Assembly: GCA_030390025.1 (NCBI GenBank)
Contig: CM059433.1
Span: 17,300,001-17,364,000 of the forward strand
From: Squalus acanthias
Taxonomy: Eukaryota
Direction of reading: 5' to 3'
DNA length: 64,000 nucleotides
Shown here: piece after piece, positions 13,217 through 26,330 of the stretch
How the letters are laid out: the number at the start of each line of letters is the position of its first letter
Numbering within the stretch: position 1 is the first letter of the stretch
Translations under genes and position numbers: made by a program
Notes under the pieces: generated by a model
Database searches by the model: none
What the model was told of the DNA's origin: nothing
The model's input: only the letters and a program-made list of their open reading frames with translations

Positions 13217-13935
13217 GAGGGAAAAATTGAGTCGCGCCCCCTTTGGGGCGCTAACTTTGCAGCGCCCCGGAAAAATTAACGCCCCGGAAAAATTAGCGCC
13301 CCCTGCGGCCGAAATTGAGTGGTAGCGCTCCAAGAGGGAAGCGGGGCGCTACAGGAAGTGCCCCGCCTCGCTCTTGGGGCATTGCGAGGGAATATCGCGG
13401 CGCTACGTGCCGCGGTATTGCAGGCCTTCCACCCCTTCATAAAGGGGAGGGGCCTTGCGCAGCATGACCCAGGGCCCAGCTGGGCCACCGGGGATCGGGA
13501 GTGCCGGCAAAAGAGCCCGGCACTCGAGAGAAGTGCCGGGCTCATGGAGCGCAGCCGGCACTCCACGGGGGGCGGGTCAGGAGGCTGGGGATGGGAGCGG
13601 AGGCAGGTGCTGGCAGGCAGCCAGCAACAAAAATGGCCGCCCGGCACCTCGCCTTTAAATAGCGCCGCCCCAGCCACAGGTAGGCCCCCCCTGACCCCGT
13701 CGGACATAGTGTCCGGCGGTAAGTCAGGGGGCGCTACCGAAAATCGCGAGCGGGAAGCTGCGCACGGCGATGATGTCATCGCCGCGGGGCGCTAAAGGTT
13801 ACCGCCGCCGCTAACCTCCCGCTGAATTTCGTGGGAGGCGTTGGCAGCAACGCGCCTGCGCGCTAGTTGCTTTGCGCCCCGTTGGCGCCCACTTAGGGCG
13901 CTAACGGGCGGCGCAAAGCAACCGAATTTTCCCCC
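13217..13935. mobile_element. GC-rich Harbinger-type MITE (family A), TSD TTT
   Basis: TIR GAGGGAAAAATT / AATTTTCCCCC; TTT on both flanks; repeated GGGGCGCTA motif; relatives at 17465, 23269 and 26895. Confidence 0.85.
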
Positions 13936-14945
13936 TTTCTCTTTTTCTTTCTCTCTCTCTCCCTCCCTCACCCGACAATTCTCTTTCCTTTCCATTTCTC
14001 CTTTCTTCTGAAAAAACATTGGTTCCATCATCTCGCCTCTCTCCTCCCACCCCAACAGTTCTTCTTCTCTTCCCCTTGCGTTGCTCCCAGACGCCTAGCT
14101 GCCAGCTCTCCTGCTGTGATTGACAGAAATGTACACTGTGAGCCCGAATTCTGGATGTCACGAGAATTCCTGCTGACAGTGTGCAGCACTGTCAATCCTA
14201 GCAGGAGAGCTCGCAAATAAGAGCTTTGGCAGTGGCGCTTGGGGAGGGTCATGGTCCGAGCTGATGTTGGTTCATAAATGTGGACAGGGCCCCCAGAATA
14301 CTAATTGTCCAGGTCAAATGCTGATGGTTGGCAGTTACGTGCTCACAAATACATATATACAAATAAAAGCCAGATTTGCCAGCCATTGGTGATTCTAAAT
14401 GGAAATATTTTAATCACAAATGAACATAGAGAAGTATCTTTTGCTTGAAGTTTCTTCAGCACCATTCTATGCCTGATTTGTCTCTAATTCAGCAACATTC
14501 TTCAAACATGCAAAAATATGACAGCTGCTTTGACCGGTTTTATTTTTTCCGGCAGCAGTGACTATTCCCCAACTGTCTACATCCCACTGTCATCTATACA
14601 ATAGAATATTCTTTGGATTATAAAAATGCTTGGTATTTTTCCAAGGAGTGCAATTTACTCTTTGCAAAAATAGCTCCCACAATCCCAGGATTTATAGTCT
14701 AATATTAGTTGGCTTTGTACTATAAAGGCACTATTATTAAGAAAAGTAGCTGTTGTACGATAGCACTTTGAAGGTAAGTTATTAATTTAGGAATACAGTG
14801 ACAAGATAGTTGCTCTCTTGAAACTTACTTACAATTTTTACATGAGCTCATTCCAACAAAATATGCATGCAAATCATACTAAATACCGCTCAAGGAATAA
14901 AGCAACTAAAAAAAGGCATATCGTTGTAGGGTTCCCCATACAAAA

Positions 14946-15540
14946 CACTGTGGCAACAAGAGCAGGTCAGAGGCTGGGTATTCTGCGGCGAGTGTCTCAC
15001 CTCCTGACTCCCCAAAGCCTTTCTACCATTTACAAGGCACAAGTAAGGAGTGCGATGGAATACTCTCCACTTGCCTGGATAAGTGCAGCTCCAACAACAC
15101 TCAAGAAGCTCGACACCATCCAGGACAAAGCAGCCCGCTTGATTGGCACCCCATCCACTACCTTAAACATTCACTCCCTCCACCACTGGCGTACCGTGGC
15201 TGCAGTGTGTACCATCTACAAGATGCACTGCAGCAACTCGCCAAGGCTTCTTCGGCATCACCTCTCAAACCCACGACCTCTTCCACCTAGAAGGACAAGG
15301 GCAGCAGGCGCATGGGAACGCCACCACCTCCAAGATCCCCTCCAAGTCACACACCATCCTGACTTGGAAATATATCGCCGTTCCTTCATCGTCGCTGGGT
15401 CAAAATCCTGGAACTCCCTCCCTAACAGCACTGTGGGAGTACTTTCACCACATGGACTGCAGCGGTTCAAGAAGGCAGCTCACCACCACCTTCTCAAGGG
15501 CAATTAGGGATGGGCAGATCCCATAAATGAATAAAAAAAA
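14946..15540 (+). mobile_element. 3' fragment of a poly(A)-tailed LINE (CR1 superfamily, possibly Zenon-like)
   Basis: IYKAQVRSAMEYSPLAW...WNSLP; same family as 50720-53205; A-rich tail. Confidence 0.85.
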
Positions 15541-16596
15541 CAAAAAACAAATATATTATATTCAGAGTCAGGTGATTTCGCTCTGCTGAGCGACAATTTA
15601 ATGAAATGGAGTAAGCCGTAGGTTACATTAAATAGGCATCCTTTGCTACAAAAATTGCTGCGATCTCAGTATTGATTTAGAGTTTCAAAGTGGCTCATTA
15701 TTCGGTAGCTTGCACACAATGCTATGTTGGACGCGTTGGAAGAAAAAATATCAATGTATTTTGGTCATAACTAAAAGGATGCAGACGCATTTCCTCACTG
15801 CTGTTGCATTCCATTGCTTCTAAAAAAAATTTTAACAATCTACAAATTGGATTTTGCAATATAAAATAACTTGGAAAGAATTGAATATTCGAATTTCGAG
15901 CTAAAATAATTATAATTACTTTATTGTTAGCGTGAACAAAAACTGAGTAAAGGTGCTGGCAATATATGGGAGTACTGGGCTGCTCTTTACTGTCTGCAGA
16001 CTCAGGCTCACACCGTGGGGATTCTTTCCTGTGATTTTTTCCTGTCACTCCTTCATCCCCTCCCCTTTCAGCCTTGGCAAAGGCTGCTCATGAGTTAAAG
16101 TGCCGATTGGAGATTTTCCAAAAGTTTTCAAGATTTTTATCTCCCTATTGTCTTTAAATTTCACTTCGATCCAATTTTGCACCCACACCACTAATGTGCT
16201 CTTTGCACATGTCTAAGTCTGCACTGGGAACTATGCTAATGAGCTGACCTCGTAAAACTATGTGCAAACAAAACACTTCCATTTGTCTTTTGTTAAATGC
16301 ACTCATGCCAACCCTACTGTCTCATAAATCATGAGACAAACTCTGAAAAATCATGAGATTTGGTGAGAAATCATGAGTTGCTATTTTTTTCCTGACCCGA
16401 CCCCTCGCTGACCATTGCCCCAGTGCATTCCGCGACCTTTGCTCCCGGACAGGAAGCGCATTCGGCCATCACTAACCGATTACTGACATAAGAAGGTAAG
16501 AAATAGGAGCAGGAGTAGGTGGATCGGTGGCCCCGCTGTCGCATCACTCGCAGGCCGGCCTCGCTCTGCTTTTGACTGTTGCTCTTTCCAGAACAT

Positions 16597-16958
16597 AACC
16601 TCCTCCAGCCCTACAACCCTTCGAGATCCCTGCGCTCCTCCAATTCGGGCCTCTTGCGCATTCCCGATTTTAATCGGTTCACCATTGACGGCCGTGGCTT
16701 CAGCTGCCTTGGCCCTAAGCTCTGGAATTCCCTCCCTTAACCTCTCTGCCTCTCTACCTCTCCTTCTTTAAGGTGCTCCTCCTTCAAGATGCTCCTGAAA
16801 ACTGACCTCTTTGACCGAGCTTTTGGTCACCTGCCCTAATATCTCCTTATGTGGCTCAGTGTCAAATTGTGTTTGCTAATTGCTTCTTTGTAGCGCCTTG
16901 GGATGTTTTACTACTTTAAAGTTGCTATATAAATGCAAGTTGTTGTTGTTGCTGTTGT
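16597..16958 (+). mobile_element. L2 LINE 3' fragment
   Basis: Same sequence family as 12150-12488 and 40360-40700; (TTG)n tail. Confidence 0.9.
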
Positions 16959-17464
16959 TATCGATTTCTGGCCAAATAATTTCCTTCTTTGAGATAACAT
17001 AACCTGTAAGCCAGTGTTCAAAACTTTTCAATGTACCAGTGTAATTAAACCGCAACAGACCAGGAAAGATTGAAATTAGCTGTTAAAATGGTGATGGTCT
17101 GTTTTTTCCGTGGTTCAAAATTAGGTAATCGTACTGACATTTTAAATCTCGTATTTTTCAGGATGGATTTTTATGGAGATGATTGCACTCATTGAGTATC
17201 TATAAAGGTTTACCCTAGTACTAGAGTGGCCATTTCACCAATGCCAGATATATAGAAAGAAATAGAAAGTACTGGGCAATTATTAATCGCTAATTTAACC
17301 TCCCTATAGCTATGCAAAGCTAAAGGGATACAGAAGAAATGATGCTAAGTCATTGTTGTAGTGGATTTACAAATAACCTTAGACTTTTTATTGATCTGTT
17401 TGTAGTTTTGAAATTGCTTGTAGTTTTGAAATTGCTCTGTATGGTGGAGGAGGATGCACACTCT

Positions 17465-18361
17465 GGGGGGAAAAATTTGGTTGCTTTGCGCCTCCCATTA
17501 GCACCCTAAGAGGGCGCTAATGTGTCACAAAGCAACTAGTGCCCGGGCGCGGCGATGTTTGCGTCGCTCGCGAAATTGACCAGACATTTTGTGGCGGCGC
17601 TAAACACTACCACTATGACCTCCTGCGCCCGCAGATCGTGACGTCAGTCGAGCGTGCAACTCCCCAGTAGCGCCCCAGACCGGATATTGAGTGGCGCCCC
17701 CTGCCTTTCCGCCAGCCGCTAGCAACGACAGGTTGAGGGAAACGTTTTGCAGTCGGGAAGGAACTGGGGGAGTGCTATTTAAAGGTGACTGCTTCCTGCC
17801 TTTTTTTGTCGGTGACATTTTTGCACCACGCATTCTGAGAGAGAGAGAGAGAGAGACTTCTGGAGAGATTCAACGCTGTGTGAAGGAGTTTTGGGTACTG
17901 AGCAGCACTTTGCAGGTTCATTTTGATTTGACCTTCCTTGCATCGATTTAGAAGAGACTGTGGGGGCTGCACTCTGAGCTCTTTCCCTGGGCCTCTCCAT
18001 TGTTCTTTCCAGCAGATTTGATGTACAGGTCTCTCCAGGCCAAGATTCAAGGCTGCAATGAGCAGGGTGTGGCTGGAAAGCAAGATCGACCCTCCCCTTT
18101 AAGAACTGACCGGCGCCAGTGTGTCTGTGTTCCATTGCTGACTGACATCACATGAGCTTCGCCAGCGCTCTGAGGTAGCGCCTCGCTCCTCAGCATTAGC
18201 GCCTTAAGAGAGATGTGTAACGCCTGATTTAACGCTCCAATCACCTCCAGGGGCGATAGAAGCCAAGTTTGCAGTCGGAGGTGATAATTAGCGCCAGGCG
18301 CTAAACTTTGCGCCCGGCTGATAATTGTGCCCCAAACGGGGCGATACCGAATTTCTCCCCC
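17465..18361. mobile_element. Harbinger-type MITE related to family A, TSD TCT
   Basis: TIR GGGGGGAAAAATT / AATTTCTCCCCC; TCT on both flanks; left arm aligns with the family A end. Confidence 0.8.
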
Positions 18362-20321
18362 TCTGTTTTTTTCCAAATATGCCCCATTTTTCGGGTAATT
18401 TATACTGGAGTATTGTCAGTTCGACCTCTTCGCACAGTGGGTATCCTTGCCTGATGCCTAGGCCTATTTGACTTCTGTTTCAACAGGAATACGTTCTTGA
18501 ACAAGGGGCTTTTAACCATTTGAGCCTCTAGACTTTCTGAGCATAAATTGAGAAGTCCAGGGCCCACTTGAAAATTCGATGGTATGTTGCAGGTTTATAC
18601 CTTCTACCTGTGTTTAATCTGGTGGTGAGAGTCTATTTATCTGTGCAATTCGGAACCGTGCAAACAATTGGAGTTGAAAAGCTTATTTGTCTTGACTTTA
18701 AATCTCAAATAGAGGTTTCTTTCTGCCTGCTTAAAAAGGGCCTTTTTAAGGCTCTTTGATCGACCAAGGCTTCGTAATCCCCCGCTAATCTCAGTATTAT
18801 GGTGTGGAGCCAAGGGGTGGACTTTGGGCCGCCCATCTCCCCGCTGTCTTGCGGAGGTGGCTCTATAGGCCCAGGTACCCCAGGCCCAGGCTCCGGTTTG
18901 GGCCCAGGCCGCTCGTGCTAATTTAAAAATGACGCTCGCTTCCACCACCACCCCTCAGTTTTGCTGCCGCGAATAGTTGGCCCCTTGCCATCCTCTAGTC
19001 ACTCACTCACTTAGAGGCCACTGCGATTTCCGACAGGCCGAGAAGAGGCCGTTCCCTGCCGAATGGCAAACCGCGTATTTTGCCGCAAATCGGTGCATTT
19101 AAAAAAAAAAATCGTGAGATTTAGGCGTTCCATCACGAGATCGCGAGTGAAGCTTTAGCTCACTCTGAAATCGCGACTCCCGTGATGGAACGCCTAAATC
19201 TCGCGATACACGAGAGTTGGCAATACTGTAAACGTGATTGATCCAGACATGGAAACCTTTAAATTACAATGCATTCAGAGAGTGTAACTTCACTCAGAAC
19301 GCACAGGAGGAAACAAATACATTACCTACAACACAGGCATCAGGGAAACACTTTCCAGTTAGGTTCAACTTCAATTAGGAAAGAAAAGAGACAGCCTTTC
19401 GACCTACTTTTGTTTAAGGTACAGAGCTTTCAGCTAAGTTTCTCCAATCTAAGCCTTGTTTCAGAGTTAAGAATCTTTTGTTGTCTTGTAGATTTCCCCA
19501 AAACATGTCGTAGAAAATCAACAGGAGAGGTCAACCTGCTTCCCTCTCCTTTTTCCAGCCTTTTCTAATTCCTATATTAGTAATTGTCTGGAATTTTAAA
19601 AATGCTTTTGTGAATTAAGCAATACTCAATGCCTTCTCCTCCTGAAGGGAACTGTGTAAATCATTCCATTAACTTAACTATGTTCATTACTCACAGAATG
19701 ATAGATTGTATGGTACACAGGAGTCAAGTCCACTATTGGGTTGCACACTTCTGGGCAAGTTTGTCATAGTCCATGGCTCATAAGGGTCTAGGCCTGGAAT
19801 TTCCTCTGAGGGCAAAATCCGGAAATTAGACAGTAAAATGCGCCCACTCCCATGCCCATTCTGCCAATGTCAAGTTATGCTCAAATTTCCCACAAATTTC
19901 ATTTCGTAAAAAAGGAGGAAATCAGCGTATACAAGGAAGCGGTGAACTCACAACATATATCTTCATTATGTCTGAAAATTATAGTTTCAACTCATTTAAC
20001 CACCATTCATGCACATCAGGCACAGCATGTTTAAGAACCAGCAATTGGGGAAGCTTTCTAATTTTTAATGTGACTTATGCTTATGCCATAAAAATGCGAG
20101 TTGACATTTTTATTTCCATTGAAGTCCAAGGAAATAAAAATTGGGAGAGATGTAAAACAGGCTGCTGACTCGTTAACACCCGTTTTGCACTATCGCACAG
20201 TCAAGGTCTACCCTGCGATGTTCTCGCACTTGTTGGCATTACTGCAATAGTGTCAGACTGTCGACCTGACTTTGGAGTTGTACTGTTAGTTTTGTGTCGA
20301 TGTGTATCTGGAACCACTTCC

Positions 20322-20826
20322 CATTGGAGGCAGTTCAGAGAAGGTTCACTAGGTTAATTCCTGAGATGAAGGGGTTGTGTTATGAAGAAAGGTTGAGCAG
20401 GTTGGGCCTATACTCATTGGAGTTTAGAAGAATGAGAGGTGATCTTATTGAAACAGATAAGATTCTGAGGGGGATTGACAGGGTAGATGCAGGGAGGATG
20501 TTTCCCCTTGTGGGGGAATCTAGAACTAGGGGGCGTAGTTTAGAATAAGGGGTTGCCCAGTTAAAACAGAGATGAGGAGGAATTTCTTCTCTCAGAGGGT
20601 CATGAATCTTTGGAATTCTCTACCCCAGAGAGCTGTGGAGGTGGAGTCATTGAATATATTCAAGGCGTAGATAGACAGATATTTGAGCTACAGGGGAGTC
20701 CAGAGTTATGGGGAAAAGGCAGGAAAGTGGAGTTGAGGCCAAGGTCAGATCAGACATGATCTTATTGAATGGCGGAGCAGGTTCGAGGGCCGAATGGCCT
20801 ACTCCTGCTCCTATTTCTTATGTTCA
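20322..20826 (+). mobile_element. CR1 LINE 3' fragment
   Basis: LEAVQRRFTRLIP...GLYSLEFRRMRGDLIE; 3'UTR and CTATTTCTTATGTTC tail. Confidence 0.92.
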
Positions 20827-21585
20827 CATGAATGCAGTAGTATAGTGCAACATTAAGGTTACTTTCCTCAATTGTGATATGTAGAGGTATAGGCATAAAG
20901 TTCTCATTAGACTACAGCAGCACCCCATAGGGACACTATTAAAAAAAAAGGAAGAAACTTTGGCAAGGGGTTAAACAAATAATAGTTTTGGGCACAATAC
21001 CTTTGTGTGCTAGTTCTGTGTTGTCTCTGATCCAACATTTTTTTTTGCTTATAATTTTGCTGACCGACTTTTATTTCCATCAGTAGCCACAGGATACCAA
21101 TTAGGAGTGAAAACTGTGTCTTTCCTTTTGCCCTTCCTAGCCCTGGGGTATTGAGATCAATTGTAGTGTTCCTGCTAGGTTTGGCCTCTGCTTTTTGATT
21201 GAGGATTTGTATCGTTTCCCTTCTGATGAGACTTGGTGGGAGTACGATCCCTGCACCTGAATGGTGAGGCCCGAGGAGCCCCCCCGATATTCTCCATTTT
21301 CAAAGCGTGCGCTCCTGTCGCCAGCAGAACCTCCTTTGTTAGTATGGCGACAGCACATTTCTGGCCAGAAATGAACACGTGCTTCCTGCCTGCCATATTG
21401 GGGACTTAGTAGGCCGGTTAGTGCCCAGAAAATGGGCGCTGCGCGGCTAAATTTACAGGCCTTGATGTGTGCAATGACTGCGAATGTCAGAGTCGTTTGT
21501 CATTAAAATTCAACTTCCAATCCAGAAATCTAAAAACCTTGTAACAGAACTGTGACTCAAATGCAGCATTAGGCAAGTAACCCAC

Positions 21586-24135
21586 TACATAGAGCATGCA
21601 AAAATGGCGGGGCAGGAAAAGACCATCTGGCCTGCCCCACGCAGTCGTGATATGTGAAACATCAGGATTACACACTCTCTACCCACTAGCAGTCATGTAA
21701 TCTCCTGGGAGAGGCAAAAAAAAAGATTAAAATCCATGGCAATTCGGGAACAAAATCTGGAAAATTCCTCTCCATCCCCCTTCAGCCATCGACAACTAGT
21801 TCAGGACACCACATTTAGCATGCTCATACTGCCTGATATTTCACCTACCTTTTAGAAGATGAAATCTCTGTCCCAGCCAGGAAGTGGTCCAGCTAAGGTT
21901 TGCAGAGAGTCAGCACTCACTACACGAGCTGGGAACTTGTTCCAAAGATCTACTATCCTCTGGGAAAAGAAGAACCACCTAAAATGTAACTTAGCCCTAT
22001 GCACGCGTAACTTACACACGTGCTTTCATACTTTTCAGACCGGGAGGCCACTTTTGTGCGTTCGGAGGCACCTCATTTCTCCATTCGACTTCTCAGGAGG
22101 CCATCGAATGGATAGCCAAACTAGATATCCCATTATAAGCTTTTCCCGTCATATGGAAGTAGTAGTAGTAGTACTTATACACATGACCCCGGTCCTCCCC
22201 AGTCTATTAAATTGATATAATCGATCAATAGGAATACAATCTAGTCCTTTAACTGTTTTATATACCTCTATAAAATCACCCCTAAATCTACACATCTCTG
22301 AAGTGAATTGACCCAGCTTTTTAAAGGCTATCTGAGTAACTAAGGTTTTTTAACCTGGGCATTCTTGTAGCCCTCCTCTGAACCTTTTCCACAGCCTCTA
22401 TATCACCCAACATATGATGGGAACCAAAACTGGATGCAGTATTCTAAATGTGGTCCAACCAAGGTTTTGTACAGGTTAAGATAGTGTGCTTTATTTTATA
22501 TTGAATAGCCCTATTAATACAGCCTTTTACCCTATTTGCTTTGGCTATGGCTCTCGGCATTGGCCATGAGCCTTTAGTGAATTATGGGCTATAGTGCCAA
22601 GGTCTTTTACTTTCTCAACCGATTTCAATTCTGTTCAATGTAAAGTGTAGGTGTACTTGATATTGCTCCTGTCCAAATGCATAACCCTGCCCTTATCTAG
22701 GTGAAATACCATTTGCCAGAGTTCGGCCCATTCCCCCAGCGCACCTAAATCTGTTTGCAAAGATTTGTTCCCCTCTACACATATCATCCGCGAACTTGTG
22801 GACCATTCCCTCAACACCTATATCTAAGTCATTTATGAAAATAGTAAAAAGCAGTGAGTGGCCCTAACACTGATCTCCGTGGGACATTACTGGTATCTGG
22901 CCTCCAAGCAGATCTACAGCCATCAATAACAACTTTCTGCCTATGGGAATGTAACCAATTCTTAATCTATTGCAGCAACCTTCCACCCACTCCACGAGAT
23001 TCTGTCTTGTAGAGTAATCCATGTGCAGTACCTTGTCAAAGGCTTTCTGTAAATTCCACTGGACAATGCCAACTGGAATACCCTTATCCACTAATCTAGT
23101 AAGTTCTTCAAAAAATTCTAGCAAATTCGGAAGACACAGTGATCTTTTCCAGAAATCGTATTGCGTCTCACTAATGACTCCTTCTCTACCCAAGTGATTA
23201 GAAAGAGCATCTCTTATGATCCCTTCAAGCATCTTACCGATAACTGATGTCAGACGAATAGACATATAGGGGGAAAAATTGAGTGGCGCCCCTTTTGGGG
23301 TGCTAACGTCGCCGGGGTGCTAATTTTAGCGCCCTGAGAAAGTTAGCGCCCCTCCGCCGTAAATTCAGTTGTCGCGCCCCAAGCAGGAGGCGGGGCGCTA
23401 CTGGAAGCACTCAACCTCCCGCTTGGGGTGCCACTGCTGAAGATCACAGCGCTACGTGCAGCAGCGCCATGCGCGTTGGCATGTAGCGCCGTGTCATTAC
23501 AGGCCTCCCTTCCCTGATTAAAGGGGAGGGGCCTAGCGCTATGTGCACCGGGGCCCTGCTAGACCACTGGGGAGCGGGGTGCCGTGAAAACAAGAGGACT
23601 GCCGGGCTGAGTGATCGCGGCCGGCACCCCAAAGAAAATAGGGAAAGGGGGCAGGTGCTGGCAGCCGCCAAAATAAAAATGGCCGCCCGACACCTGCTCT
23701 TTAAGAAGCGCCGCCGCCGCTGCAAAAACACCCCCTGATTCTGTCGGACTTATTGTCCGGTGATAGGTCAGGGGGTGCAAGGGAAGTTTGCGGCCGGGGT
23801 GCTGTGCACGGCGATGACGTCATTGCTGGCGGCGCAGCGCCGCGGGGCGCTACCGGCTACCACCGCCACTAACCTCCCGCTAAATTTCACGGGAAGCGTC
23901 AGCAGCGCCGCGCCCAGGCGCTAGGGGATTTGCCCCGCATTAGCACGCCCCGGGGGCGCTAACGAGAGATGCAAATCAACCCAATTTTTCCCACATAGTT
24001 TCCTGAATCTGATTAACGCCCTTTTTGAAAATTTGAACTACATGAGCTTCCTTGCAATCCAAGGGAACAATCCCAAACTCTAGCGAGCTGTTAAAGATGT
24101 GGACACGGAGCTTGCAAAGCACATGTAGCCCGATC
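21586..24135 (-). mobile_element. Old decayed CR1 LINE with a long 3'UTR, split by a MITE
   Basis: LTSVIGKMLEGII, NLLEFFEE, QKAFDKV and WQMVF remnants with stops and frameshifts. Confidence 0.85.
23269..23994. mobile_element. Harbinger-type MITE (family A) inserted in CR1, TSD ATA
   Basis: TIR GGGGGAAAAATTG / CAATTTTTCCCAC; ATA at 23266-23268 and 23995-23997; removal restores the CR1 GNY(R) motif. Confidence 0.9.
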
Positions 24136-25536
24136 TACTTTAAGGGTCCTTACTCTAACTAGAATGACATCCTCAGCTATTCAGTGATAACCTTTAAAAT
24201 CAGTTTGAAATGTATCATTATAATTCTTTACACGTATATTGTAATACCTTTACAGTAGTCTCAATGAACATTGGTAAGAAAGAGTCGAAAGAGCTTTACT
24301 TTTTAAATTCTATAAAGATTTACTGAACTCACTGTGGCAGTTGACTGTTTAACAAGGATATTATGGAGTTAGTTAGAGTTTCTATTGCAATTCTCAATTG
24401 ATGGGCTCTAGACTCTTGCCTTTAGAACACAAACAAGGAGGGCAGTCAGATTTGGTTTCATATGGGAAGGAAATAGAGGGAACCCTATGCTAGCTATGTT
24501 AAATGAGCAGTACCTTTATGAAAGAGTGTTTCATTCATTTTTTATTTTTGCCAAACACTGCGACATGAGACAGATCACAAAATAAACATGCAGTTGCATC
24601 ACCAAAATGGTATGATATGATTTATGGGCGATAGTGATAAAAATGACATCTGGCTGTTAAACTGTTTCTTCTTTCCCAGGCGTGAAGGCACTGCCTCTTT
24701 AAAAACTAATTCCAGAAAATCTTCAGACTGAGGAAATAGTATATCAGACTAAAAGTTTCTTGCATAGCTGACTGATGAAATGAGCTGCAGATTTATTTCC
24801 TTTGGGTGCTGTAAGAGTGATCCAGAAAACAAAAAGGAATAGCGAACAGCTGAGTAGGGATTACACTGGACATTACAGAGAATGGCTGGGCAGTTGCAGA
24901 AGGGATCTTCTGAGATTCAGGCTGCCGGTGTTGACTTTGCGAATCAGACCATGGAATTCTGGACAAATGGACTTACAGTGATCTAATAGTGGGCTGAACC
25001 AAGTCTATCCAATGCCACACATATACTACAGAACCACTTAATCTTGTAAGTGATTGGCCAAAATTTAATATAAATACATTCAACAGGTGTTTCTGGCAAG
25101 TTTGTTTGGACTTGATGGTCTTTTCCTGTTCCTAAAACTTCTTGATGCTAAAGTAACACAAAAAGGTGAGTCCTTGAGATTCTAATGCATGTACTTAGTA
25201 GTGTGCACCTTTTGGTACCTGCTCCTTAGTACAGTGGAAGATTCTTTCCTTTTAATACATTTAAAAAAAGAATCTTCTTCTGGATGTTAACTGCATGAAG
25301 GTTATAGTTAGTATTAGTTGTGATAATGGCATTAAAATGATTAAGCACAAGTTCTGTTTTAACAATTGTGAGATAGGAAATTCAGATAGCATACTTTAGT
25401 GGTAGTATTAGTTTGAGAGATTACGTTCAGTGCCATTTTGCCTTTTTCTTGCGTTTTACAAATTTTAAGATGTAATAAAAGTTTGTGATAACTATAACTC
25501 TTTCTTTATTACATGGCACTTAAACAAAACAATCGA

Positions 25537-25890
25537 AGCTCCTGCAATGGCTTGGTTGTTGAGCTAAGTGAATCACTGACGCACGCAAGCCAGGAAGACA
25601 TTGCCCAGTTTCGAAGCCGGATTGGAGCTGAATTAGCTGATCCCAGCTGGGCATCATGAGCACTACAATTGGCCAAAAATCCCGTTGTTTAATGCAGTGA
25701 AAATCACACAGGGTTCCCACTCCTGATTGCTAACCAGGGCCACTACAGGTCGGTGCATGTGTTAGGAGAGGACAGGATCAGATGTGGCTCAAATACCAGC
25801 CCTCCCCCCACTCCCCCAGTCAACCCCCCCACCCCTCCCGTGGTTGAATAGCTTGTATACACTGCTGTCACTGTGTGCGCATAAAGAATT
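25537..25890 (+). mobile_element. Decayed tRNA-derived SINE
   Basis: A-box-like TGGCTTGGTTG and B-box-like GTTTCGAAGCC; related head in reverse at about 44500-44600. Confidence 0.45.
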
Positions 25891-25892
25891 GA

Positions 25893-26330
25893 AAAAAGAA
25901 AAAGAAAGACTTGCACTTATATAGCGCCTTTCACAACCTCCGGACGTCTCAGAGCGCTTTTCAGCCAATTAAGTACTTTTGAAGTGTAGTCACTGTGTAA
26001 TGTAGGAAACGCAGCAATCAAATTGCACACAGCAAGGTTCTACAAACCACAATGTGATAATGACCAGATAATCTGTTTCAGTGATGTTGGTTGAGGAATA
26101 AAATTGACCAGGATTCCCTGGGAGAACTCCCCTGCTCCTCTTCAAGATAATTTTTTACGCCCACTTGAGAGGGCAGACTCGGTTTAACGTCTCATCCAAA
26201 AGACGGCACCTCCGACAGTGCAGCACTACCTCAGCGCTGCACTGGAGTGTCAGCCTGGATTTTGTACTCAAGGCTCTGGAGTGGGGCTTGAACCCACAGC
26301 CTTCTAACTGAGAGGCGAGAGTGTTACCAC
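25893..26330 (-). mobile_element. DeuSINE (SacSINE1-like)
   Basis: tRNA-like head with B box GGGTTCAAGCCCC, Deu-domain-like core (GTGCTGCACTGTCGGAGGTGCCGTCTTTTGGATGAGACGTTAAAC), L2-like tail GGCGCTATATAAGTGCAAGTCTTTC. Confidence 0.85.

Larger units (their letters stand above)
16300..19228. mobile_element. Candidate old TIR DNA element (hAT-like ends) containing L2 and MITE insertions
   Basis: Left CACTCATGCCAACCCT vs right-end reverse complement CAGTATTGCCAACTCT (12/16); subterminal AAATC(A/G)TGAG repeats at both ends; flanks TAAATG / TAAACG. Confidence 0.4.

Noticed and set aside
13276..13795. Long overlapping ORFs in GC-rich MITEs (also 5240-5900, 17600-18376, 23444-23780, 27338-27726)
   Set aside because: Stop-poor GC-rich repeats; frames are not conserved between sibling copies.
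17399..17435. 18-bp tandem duplication TTGTAGTTTTGAAATTGC
   Set aside because: Ordinary slippage.
19791..21462. Further GGCC-type TIR-like ends (about 19791, 20212, 21462)
   Set aside because: Could not pair the ends or find TSDs.
24680..24731. Acceptor-like TTTCTTCTTTCCCAG followed by a short frame REGTASLKTNSRKSSD*
   Set aside because: No donor or recognisable homology.
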